Shown here: positions 18,209 to 25,773 of the stretch, piece by piece | How positions within the stretch are numbered: the first letter of the stretch is position 1 | Layout: each line of letters starts with the position of its first letter | NCBI GenBank assembly: GCA_964430345.1 | Contig: CAYSFK010000001.1 | Location: 7-64,006 of the forward strand | Direction of reading: 5' to 3' | Length of the DNA: 64,000 nucleotides | Source: an uncultured Oscillospiraceae bacterium | Lineage (GTDB): Bacteria > Bacillota > Clostridia > Oscillospirales > Oscillospiraceae | Translations under genes and position numbers: made by a program | Notes under the pieces: generated by a model | What the model saw: the letters and a program-made list of their open reading frames with translations, nothing else | Database searches by the model: none | What the model was told of the DNA's origin: nothing

Positions 18209-18925
18209 ATGGTGGACAGCGTAAAAAAGTTCAGGGAGATAGTGGCCGGGAGCGATAACATCGTATTTTTCGGCGGCGCAGGCGTCAGCACCGAGAGCGG
18301 CATCCCAGACTTTCGCAGTGTGGACGGCCTGTATAACCAGAAGTGGCGCTATCCGCCGGAGACTATACTCAGCCACAGCTTTTTTGACCGCGACCCGGAG
18401 GAGTATTACCGCTTCCACCATGAGAAGCTGGTGATAGACGGCGTCAAGCCCAATGCCGCCCATCTGCGTCTGGCGGAGCTGGAGCGGGAGGGCAAGCTTA
18501 AGGCTGTGATAACCCAGAACATTGACGGGCTGCATCAGGCGGCCGGCAGCAAAAACGTACTGGAGCTCCACGGCAGCATACTAAGAGCGTATTGCTCCCG
18601 GTGCCATAAGCCCTTCCCGGCGGAGAAGATGAACCACTGCGACGGCGTACCCCGCTGCTCCTGCGGCGGAGTCATCAGGCCGGATATCGTGCTGTATGAG
18701 GAGCAGCTGGACCAGGACGTGCTTTCAAGCTCTGTTCGCTATATAAGCCAGGCGGATGTTCTTATTATCGGCGGCACCTCCTTGAACGTCTACCCCGCCG
18801 CAGGGCTTGTCAATTATTACCGGGGCAATAAGCTGGTGCTGGTGAACCTCAGCGAGACGCCGTACGACAGCTATGCCGACCTTATCATTCATGAGAAGAT
18901 AGGCCGGGTGTTCAGCCAAATCTGA
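18209..18925 (+). CDS. cobB: NAD-dependent protein deacylase (Sir2 family)
   Basis: GAGVSTESGIPDFRS, QNIDGLH, and a Zn site CSRC...CSCGG. I prefer the ATG at 18209 (GAGGGG upstream) over the GTG at 18200. Confidence 0.85.
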   Translation: MVDSVKKFREIVAGSDNIVFFGGAGVSTESGIPDFRSVDGLYNQKWRYPPETILSHSFFDRDPEEYYRFHHEKLVIDGVKPNAAHLRLAELEREGKLKAVITQNIDGLHQAAGSKNVLELHGSILRAYCSRCHKPFPAEKMNHCDGVPRCSCGGVIRPDIVLYEEQLDQDVLSSSVRYISQADVLIIGGTSLNVYPAAGLVNYYRGNKLVLVNLSETPYDSYADLIIHEKIGRVFSQI

Positions 18926-18943
18926 GATTAAGGATAAGCGAAA

Positions 18944-19615
18944 ATGAGCAAGGGCAAGCTGATAGTGCTGGAGGGCATTGACGGCAGCGGGAAATCCGCA
19001 CAGTACCGCCGACTCTGCGCCAGAATGGAAAAGGATAAAATAGACTATAATCATATCGAGTTCCCCAGATACCAGAAGGAAAGCAGCGCGCTGCTGCGGC
19101 TGTATCTCAACGGCGCCTTCGGCAGCCGCCCGGACGACGTGAACCCCTACGCCGCCTCCACCTTTTTCGCGGTGGACCGGTATGCCTCATACCGGGACGA
19201 CTGGGGCGGCATATACGAAAGCGGCGGCTTCATCCTCTCCGACAGGTACACCACCTCCAACGCCGTGCATCAGGGCTCCAAGCTCAGCGACAGCGAGCTG
19301 CCCGGCTTCTTTACCTGGCTGTACGACCTGGAGTATGACAAGATGGGCCTGCCGTCGCCGGACCTGGTGATATATCTGGACGTGGATATCCCCACGGCAC
19401 TGGCCCGAATGAAGCGCAGACAGGCCAGCAGCCATACCTCCGCCGACATCCACGAGAAGGACATTCGATATCTGGAGCGCTGCCTTCATACGGCGGAGAT
19501 GGCGGCCCGACACTACGGCTGGCACCGGGTGGAGTACATGAAGGACGGCGCCGAGCGGGACGTAGACGAGAAGAATCAGGAGATATACGGGATAATACTG
19601 GACGCGCTGAAATAG
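18944..19615 (+). CDS. tmk: Thymidylate kinase-like nucleoside monophosphate kinase
   Basis: P-loop LEGIDGSGKS and a DRY motif (FAVDRYAS). Confidence 0.75.
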   Translation: MSKGKLIVLEGIDGSGKSAQYRRLCARMEKDKIDYNHIEFPRYQKESSALLRLYLNGAFGSRPDDVNPYAASTFFAVDRYASYRDDWGGIYESGGFILSDRYTTSNAVHQGSKLSDSELPGFFTWLYDLEYDKMGLPSPDLVIYLDVDIPTALARMKRRQASSHTSADIHEKDIRYLERCLHTAEMAARHYGWHRVEYMKDGAERDVDEKNQEIYGIILDALK

Positions 19616-19639
19616 AAAAAGGGGCATCTAAGATGCCCC
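19611..19639 (-). terminator. Rho-independent terminator of the tiny Cys-rich gene
   Basis: GGGGCATC-TAA-GATGCCCC followed on the minus strand by TTTTTCTATTT. Confidence 0.6.
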
Positions 19640-19651
19640 CCCGATGATGCT

Positions 19652-19804
19652 TTAGCAGCCGCAGCCGTTGTTGCAGCCGCAGTTGTTGCCGCAGCCGCAG
19701 CCGTTATCGCAGCCGCAGCCACAGCCGTTGTTTCCCCAGCCGAAGAGGATGATTATCAGGATGATTATCCAGAGGCTGCCGTTGTTACAACCGTTGCAAA
19801 ACAT
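19652..19804 (-). CDS. 50-aa Cys/Gly/Asn-rich tiny single-TM protein
   Basis: MFCNGCNNGSLWIIILIIILFGWGNNGCGCGCDNGCGCGNNCGCNNGCGC. The ATG at 19804 is preceded by GGAGAAAGGG, and a terminator lies immediately downstream. It is the C-terminal part of a 144-aa track ORF whose N-terminal 94 aa do not look like coding sequence. Confidence 0.6.
   Translation of the reverse strand: MFCNGCNNGSLWIIILIIILFGWGNNGCGCGCDNGCGCGNNCGCNNGCGC
19655..19732. repeat. Codon-level GCAGCC/GTTGTT microrepeat tract (encodes the GC/NN repeats)
   Basis: Plus strand reads gcagccgcagccgttgttgcagccgcagttgttgccgcagccgcagccgtt... Confidence 0.7.
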
Positions 19805-20078
19805 AACAGTGTCCCTTTCTCCGCACCTTTGTTTTGATGCAGCGCTGCCCGGTGCGGCGTGACAGCTTTTCAGTGGCTTGTGTATTGGCTCTGAGGCCGA
19901 TCCCCCGAAATTGGAGCCTGCGGTGCCATCCGCATCGCTCGTGCCATAATATGCTGTTTTTCCGGGCCTTGCTACTCGCACGGCCGTTAAGGAGATAAGT
20001 TTGATACAAGTCCAGATTTCATTGGACTTAAGCGCGATTTTCGTGCCGCCGCGGCGGCAGCCGAAGATCATGCACATC

Positions 20079-20129
20079 ATGGCCATTCCCTTTCATGGTC
20101 ATTTTGTGCCTTGAGAAAGGAATGGCCAT
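20079..20129 (+). promoter_or_regulatory. Long stem-loop overlapping the mltG ribosome-binding region
   Basis: ATGGCCATTCCCTTTC, 20 nt, GAAAGGAATGGCCAT (15 bp with one bulge). The 3' arm contains the AAAGGA Shine-Dalgarno candidate. Confidence 0.4.
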
Positions 20130-20133
20130 AACC

Positions 20134-21477
20134 ATGCCCGATGACATCGAAAAAATAAATTCCATATTCGGCGAGAACAACGACGACCAGTCCGAAAGCG
20201 AAGCGGAGAGGCGGCTGTCCACGGCGGAGCTGAACAGCGCAAAGGAAAAAAGCTCACCCCTGAAGGCTGTGGACGAGCTGCTTATTGACAAGTCCGGCGG
20301 CCAGCACCACAACTACACCGGGGACGAGGTGTCCGAGCGGGATTACAGGCCCGTGCGCCAGAGCCATGAGTACCGCTCCGGCTGTCTGGGCGGCCTGATG
20401 TATTTTGTGTTCATCGCCTGCGTAAGCGTCATTCTGGCCTGTCTGGCCTGGATGGCGGCCAGCGATATGCTGGCGCTGAATCAGGACGAGTTCACCGCCA
20501 TAGTCACCCTGCCCAGCGAGATATTCACCTCCGAGACCGTGGACAGAGTGGATAAGGACGGCGTTAAGACCGGTACCAAGCGGGTCACCCACGCGGATAT
20601 CGAATACGTGGCCCAGGCCTTGAAGGACGCGGGGCTTATCGAGTACAAGTGGCTGTTTGAGCTGTTTTGCCGGGTATCCACAGCCGACGAGAAGGTCAGT
20701 CCAGGCGAATACGAGCTTAAGTCCTCCTTCGATTACCGCGCCCTTGTGCAGAATATGCGGGCCGGCTCTGCCTCCACTGTCACGGTGATGGTGACTATAC
20801 CAGAGGGCTTTAATATGCGCCAGGTATTCACCAGGCTTGAGGAGAATAATGTGTGCAGCTTCGACGCGCTGATGGAGGCCGCGGCTGAGTACAGCTTCAA
20901 CTACTCCTATCTGGACGGCTATCTGGAGGGCGACCCCTCTAGGCTGGAGGGCTTCATGTTCCCGGATACCTACGAGTTTTACGTGGGTATGCAGGCGTCC
21001 AGCGCAATTAACAAGCTGCTGGAGACCTTCCATAAGAAGATGACAGAGGATATGCTGCTTCAGGCTGAGAATATAGGCCTGACTATCCACGAGGTGATTA
21101 CCGTGGCCTCTCTTATCGAGAAGGAGGCCGCCAGCGACGCCGAGCGCCCGCTTATCGCCTCCGTCATATATAACCGGCTCAACTCCAATATGCCGCTGGG
21201 TCTGGACGCCGCCATACTCTACGCCTATCCCGACCACGAGGGCGCGCCAACAGCCTCCATGATAGAGACGGATACACCCTATAACACCAGACTTCACACA
21301 GACCTGCCGCCGACGCCCATATGCAACCCGGGCTTCGCCTCCATTAACGCGGCATTGTACCCTGAGACTACCAGCTATTTCTACTTCGCGCTGGACGTGG
21401 AGGCCAATGAGATGCGCTTCTTCACCAACGACACGGAATTCAACAACTTCGTGGCCACCCAGAACTATGACGAATAA
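20134..21477 (+). CDS. mltG: Endolytic murein transglycosylase MltG (YceG-like)
   Basis: An acidic N-terminal tail, one TM segment, then the YceG domain ending LGLDAAILYA...PYNTRLHTDLPPTPICNPG. Start 20134 is preferred; 20095 and 20122 are also possible. Confidence 0.8.
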   Translation: MPDDIEKINSIFGENNDDQSESEAERRLSTAELNSAKEKSSPLKAVDELLIDKSGGQHHNYTGDEVSERDYRPVRQSHEYRSGCLGGLMYFVFIACVSVILACLAWMAASDMLALNQDEFTAIVTLPSEIFTSETVDRVDKDGVKTGTKRVTHADIEYVAQALKDAGLIEYKWLFELFCRVSTADEKVSPGEYELKSSFDYRALVQNMRAGSASTVTVMVTIPEGFNMRQVFTRLEENNVCSFDALMEAAAEYSFNYSYLDGYLEGDPSRLEGFMFPDTYEFYVGMQASSAINKLLETFHKKMTEDMLLQAENIGLTIHEVITVASLIEKEAASDAERPLIASVIYNRLNSNMPLGLDAAILYAYPDHEGAPTASMIETDTPYNTRLHTDLPPTPICNPGFASINAALYPETTSYFYFALDVEANEMRFFTNDTEFNNFVATQNYDE

Positions 21478-22675
21478 GCCGGAGCTCCTCGCCCCTGCGG
21501 GGGATATGGAGCGGCTGGAGATGGTTCTGCGCTACGGGGCGGACGCGGTATATCTGGCGGGACAGCGCTTCGGTATGCGGGCTTCGGCGGGAAACTTCGA
21601 CGGCGAGGGGCTTGCGGAGGCGGCGCGGATGTGCAAGGCTCAGGGCGTCAGCGCCTATGTGACAGTGAACACCCTGCCGAGAGAGCATGAGCTTTCTGGT
21701 CTGCCGGAGTATCTTGTCAGTCTGGAGCAGGCCGGCTTTGACGGAATAATTGCCGCAGACCTTGGTGTCATGAGCATAGCGCATAGCGTGGCTCCGGGTC
21801 TTAAGCTCCACGTGAGCACCCAGTTCGGCGTCACCAACAGCGCCGCCGCAACGGCTCTGTATGAGCTGGGGGCGGACACCGTGGTGCTGGCCAGAGAGCT
21901 GAGCCTTCAGGAGATACGGGAGATACGCGGAAACACGCCGCCGGAGCTGAGGCTTGAGGCCTTTGTACACGGGGCCATGTGCGTATCCTTCTCCGGCAGA
22001 TGCCTGCTGTCAAACTACCTCACCGGCCGCGACGCCAACAACGGCGAATGCGCCCAGCCCTGCCGCTGGAAGTACCATCTGGTGGAGGAAAAGCGCCCCG
22101 GCGAATACTTCGAGATAAGCGAGGACGGGGGTACATACATCCTCAACTCCCGGGATATGCGGATGATAGAGCATTTGCCGGAGCTGTTGGAGGCGGGCAT
22201 ATCCAGCTTCAAGATAGAGGGGCGAATGAAATCGGCCTACTACGCCGCCGTTATCACCAACGCCTACCGTCACGCCCTGGACTCCGCCATACTCGGTCAG
22301 CCGCCGGATAAGCTGTGGGTAGAGGAGACGGAGAAGGTCAGCCACCGGCCGTACACCACCGGCTTTTACTTCGGCCAGCCGGGACAGCACTACGCCGAGG
22401 CCAGCTATTACGCCGACGCGGACGTTATGGCCGTGGTGGAGAGCTGCGGCGCAGACGGTATGGCCCGACTCACCCAGAGAAACAAGTTTCAGCGAGGCAA
22501 CCGGCTGGAGCTGCTGACCCCAGAGGGCCCGCCGGTAAGCTTCACGGCGGAGCGGATACTGGACGGAGAGGGCGGCGAGCTGGAGGACACCCGTCACCCC
22601 ATGATGGAGCTGTACATGAAGCTGCCTGTCTGCGCGCCCCGGCTCTCCATTGTGAGAAAGTGCCGGGAGCAGTGA
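21467..22675 (+). CDS. Peptidase U32-family protein
   Basis: MTNKPELLAPAGDMERLEMVLRYGADAVYLAG...C-rich CAQPCRWKY. The start overlaps the mltG stop. Confidence 0.8.
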   Translation: MTNKPELLAPAGDMERLEMVLRYGADAVYLAGQRFGMRASAGNFDGEGLAEAARMCKAQGVSAYVTVNTLPREHELSGLPEYLVSLEQAGFDGIIAADLGVMSIAHSVAPGLKLHVSTQFGVTNSAAATALYELGADTVVLARELSLQEIREIRGNTPPELRLEAFVHGAMCVSFSGRCLLSNYLTGRDANNGECAQPCRWKYHLVEEKRPGEYFEISEDGGTYILNSRDMRMIEHLPELLEAGISSFKIEGRMKSAYYAAVITNAYRHALDSAILGQPPDKLWVEETEKVSHRPYTTGFYFGQPGQHYAEASYYADADVMAVVESCGADGMARLTQRNKFQRGNRLELLTPEGPPVSFTAERILDGEGGELEDTRHPMMELYMKLPVCAPRLSIVRKCREQ

Positions 22676-22725
22676 TATTATAATTTACGCACCCTTCAAA
22701 AGCTGAAAGGACAGATAAGAAAAAG

Positions 22726-25362
22726 ATGGAAAAGTACGGACTGAACCAACTGCGCGAGATGTTTCTCAGCTTCTTTGAGACCAAGGGCCACCTGCGGCTG
22801 AAGAGCTTCTCGCTGATACCCCAGAATGACGCCAGCCTCCTGCTGATAAACTCCGGCATGGCGCCCATGAAGCCCTATTTTAAGGGCGAACAGGAGCCGC
22901 CCCGCCATAGGGTCTGCACCTGCCAGAAATGCATACGTACCGGCGATATAGAGAACATAGGCAAGACCGCCCGACACGGCACCTATTTCGAGATGCTGGG
23001 CAATTTCTCCTTCGGCGACTATTTCAAAAAGGAGGCTATAGCCTGGAGCTGGGAATTCCTAACCTCGCCTCAGTGGGTGGGTCTTGACCCGGACAGACTC
23101 TATCCCTCCATCTATCTGGACGACGAGGAAGCTTTTGAGATATGGAACAAGGACATCCATATCCCGGCGGAGCGTATCTTCCGCTTCGGCAAGGAGGACA
23201 ATTTCTGGGAGCACGGCGCCGGCCCCTGCGGCCCCTGCTCGGAGATATACTACGACAGAGGCGAGAAGTACGGCTGCGGCAAGCCCGACTGCACCGTGGG
23301 CTGTGACTGCGACAGGTACATGGAGATATGGAACAACGTATTCTCCCAGTTCGATAACGACGGCAACGGCAACTATACGGAGCTTGCGCAGAAGAACATA
23401 GACACCGGCATGGGGCTGGAGCGGCTGGCGGTGGCCTGCCAGGGCGTGGAGTCCCTGTTCGATGTGGACACCGTCATGAACATCACCCACCGGGTGAGCG
23501 AGTTGACTCACGCCTATTACGGCAAGAGCCATAAGATGGACGTGTCTCTGAGGGTCATAACCGACCATATCCGCAGCGCCGCCTTTATGATATGCGACGG
23601 CGTTCTGCCCTCCAACGAGGGGCGAGGCTACGTGCTGCGCCGACTGCTGAGGAGAGCCGCCCGCCACGGGAAGCTTCTGGGCGTGGACGAGCCCTTCCTC
23701 TACAGCGTCATTGACACGGTGGTGAGAGAGAACGAGTGCCAGTACCCGGAGCTTCGGGAGAAGCAGGACTATATCACACGGGTGGTAAAGACCGAGGAGG
23801 AGAACTTTGCCCGCACCATAGACTCCGGCATGAAGATTTTCGCGGAGCTGCTGGCGGAGCATAAGGCCAAGGGAGAGAACGTATTCTCCGGCGCCGACGC
23901 CTTTAAGCTCTACGACACCTACGGCTTCCCCCTTGACCTGACGGTGGAGATGTGCGCCGACGAGGCCATGAGCGTGGACGAGGCCGCCTTTAAGGCGCTT
24001 ATGGAGGAACAGCGCGTACGCGCCCGTAAGGCAAGAGAGGCGCTGGGCGATCTGGGCTGGGCCGGTATAGAATTCGGCAAGGGCGTACAAGACACGGAGT
24101 TTCTTGGCTACGACAGCAAGGAGACGAAGGCGCTTATTCTGGCGCTGGTCAGCGAGGGCGAGCGGCAGCAGGAGATAGGCGCGGGCGCGGAGGCCATAAT
24201 CGTGCTGGATAAGACCGTGCTCTACGCCGAGATGGGCGGACAGGTGGGGGACACCGGCGCTATCGTCTCCGGCAGCGGAGTCTTTCAGGTCACCAACGTC
24301 CAGAAGAACAAGGGCGGCAAGTATATGCACTACGGCGTGGTGAAAAGCGGCTCCTTCAAGCTGGGCGACAGTGTGACGGCTTCCTATAACGCCGAGCGCA
24401 GGCTTGCCGTGGGCAGGGCCCACAGCGCTACCCATCTGCTGCACAAGGCCCTCAAGGAAGTGCTGGGTGAGCACGTGAATCAGGCCGGTTCTCTGGTGGA
24501 GCCGGATCTGCTGCGCTTCGACTTTACCCATTTCTCCGCCGTTACTCCGGAGCAGCTTTCACTGGTGGAGGAAAAGGTCAACGCCGCCATTCTCAGCGGC
24601 TATGAGATAGAGACAAGGGAAATGCCCATTGCGGAGGCCCGCAGCATGGGAGCCACGGCGCTGTTCGGCGAGAAATACGGCGACATCGTGCGTGTGGTAG
24701 ATATGGGCCATTACAGCGTGGAGCTCTGCGGCGGCACACATCTGAACAATACCGCCAAGGCCGGAGCGTTCAGAATAGTATCCGAGGGCTCTGTGGCCTC
24801 CGGCGTGAGGCGCATCGAGGCCGTCACCGGGCTGAGGACCTTAGAGCTTATTCACCAACAGTACGGCCAGCTGGCGGCCATTGCGGCGCTGTTCAGGGCT
24901 AACCCTGCAGAGGCTCTGCAAAAGACGGAGCAGCAGGGGGCGGAGTTGAAGGAGGCCAAGCGGCTCATACAGCAGTATAAGGACAAGGAGTCCTCCGGCA
25001 GTGCCGACGATATAATCACAAGCGCAAAGCCTGTAGGCCCGCTGACAGTGGCCACGGCGAAGCTGCCTCCCTGCGACGCAAACGCGCTGAGACGTCTGGG
25101 CGACGCATTGAGAGACAAGGCCCCGTCGCTGGTGGCGGTGCTGTCCACAGTGAACGAGGACAAGATAAGCTTCCAATGCGTCTGCGGCAGGGATGCCGTG
25201 GCCAAGGGCGTCAAGGCCGGGGACATCATCCGCAGTATTACCGCCATTGTCGGCGGCAAGGGCGGCGGCAAGCCCGACTCTGCCATGGGCGGCGGCAGTG
25301 ATGTAAGTAAGCTGGATAATGCCTTGGCTGCAGTGGAGACGCTGGTAGCGGAAAAAGTATAA
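22726..25362 (+). CDS. alaS: Alanyl-tRNA synthetase
   Basis: 878 aa with FFETKGH, FEMLGNFSFGDYFK, the editing-domain HSATHLLH, and a C-terminal DHHA1-like GGKGGGKPD. Confidence 0.95.
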   Translation: MEKYGLNQLREMFLSFFETKGHLRLKSFSLIPQNDASLLLINSGMAPMKPYFKGEQEPPRHRVCTCQKCIRTGDIENIGKTARHGTYFEMLGNFSFGDYFKKEAIAWSWEFLTSPQWVGLDPDRLYPSIYLDDEEAFEIWNKDIHIPAERIFRFGKEDNFWEHGAGPCGPCSEIYYDRGEKYGCGKPDCTVGCDCDRYMEIWNNVFSQFDNDGNGNYTELAQKNIDTGMGLERLAVACQGVESLFDVDTVMNITHRVSELTHAYYGKSHKMDVSLRVITDHIRSAAFMICDGVLPSNEGRGYVLRRLLRRAARHGKLLGVDEPFLYSVIDTVVRENECQYPELREKQDYITRVVKTEEENFARTIDSGMKIFAELLAEHKAKGENVFSGADAFKLYDTYGFPLDLTVEMCADEAMSVDEAAFKALMEEQRVRARKAREALGDLGWAGIEFGKGVQDTEFLGYDSKETKALILALVSEGERQQEIGAGAEAIIVLDKTVLYAEMGGQVGDTGAIVSGSGVFQVTNVQKNKGGKYMHYGVVKSGSFKLGDSVTASYNAERRLAVGRAHSATHLLHKALKEVLGEHVNQAGSLVEPDLLRFDFTHFSAVTPEQLSLVEEKVNAAILSGYEIETREMPIAEARSMGATALFGEKYGDIVRVVDMGHYSVELCGGTHLNNTAKAGAFRIVSEGSVASGVRRIEAVTGLRTLELIHQQYGQLAAIAALFRANPAEALQKTEQQGAELKEAKRLIQQYKDKESSGSADDIITSAKPVGPLTVATAKLPPCDANALRRLGDALRDKAPSLVAVLSTVNEDKISFQCVCGRDAVAKGVKAGDIIRSITAIVGGKGGGKPDSAMGGGSDVSKLDNALAAVETLVAEKV

Positions 25363-25374
25363 GGAGGCTAGGTA

Positions 25375-25722
25375 ATGAAAGACAAGGACTGTCTGTTTTG
25401 CAGAATAATCGACGGTGAGATACCCAGCTCGAAGGTGTATGAGGATGAGTACGTTTATGCCTTCCGGGACATTGCCCCTCAGGCGCCGGTGCATATACTG
25501 GTGATACCCAAGGAGCACATTTGCTGCGTCAATGCCCTGAACGAGAGCAACAGCGTGTATGCAGCCAAGTGTTTCGAGGCCATCGCCAAGATAGCCAAAG
25601 CCGAAGGTCTCGACAAAGGCTACCGCGTGGTCAATAACTGCGGCGAGGACGGCGGTCAGACCGTTATGCATCTGCATTTTCATATACTGGGCGGTGTGAA
25701 GCTGAGCCCCAAAATGCTATAA
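25375..25722 (+). CDS. HIT-family nucleotide hydrolase/transferase
   Basis: 115 aa with CLFCRII and the histidine triad HLHFHILGG. Confidence 0.85.
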   Translation: MKDKDCLFCRIIDGEIPSSKVYEDEYVYAFRDIAPQAPVHILVIPKEHICCVNALNESNSVYAAKCFEAIAKIAKAEGLDKGYRVVNNCGEDGGQTVMHLHFHILGGVKLSPKML

Positions 25723-25727
25723 AAATA

Positions 25728-25762
25728 CGCCGCAAGGGCCTGCGCTCTTGCGGCGATTTTCG
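25728..25762 (+). terminator. Rho-independent terminator after the HIT gene
   Basis: CGCCGCAAG, 10-nt loop, CTTGCGGCG, then ATTTTCGG. Confidence 0.6.
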
Positions 25763-25773
25763 GGGATAGTGAG

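Noticed and set aside
16859-18571. 570-aa minus-strand ORF spanning prfC, the cyclodeaminase-like gene and cobB.
   Set aside because: It is antisense to three well-supported plus-strand genes and crosses their intergenic gaps. The translation is low-complexity.
19655-19732. The GCAGCC/GTTGTT repeat tract considered as a CRISPR-like or tandem-repeat locus.
   Set aside because: The period is 6-18 nt with no spacers, and it lies entirely within a coding frame (Gly-Cys / Asn-Asn codons). It is codon-level repetition, not a CRISPR array or a VNTR outside genes.
19652-20086. The full 144-aa ORF containing the Cys-rich peptide at its C-terminus.
   Set aside because: The N-terminal 94 residues have no protein-like features and weaker codon bias by eye. 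They also span promoter-like and hairpin elements. A strong RBS sits directly before the internal ATG at 19804, so I prefer the 50-aa product, though this is not proven.
22676-22725. T-box leader upstream of alaS (and similarly upstream of other synthetase-type genes).
   Set aside because: The intergenic gap is only 50 nt, far too short for a T-box riboswitch, and no specifier or T-box sequence was seen.
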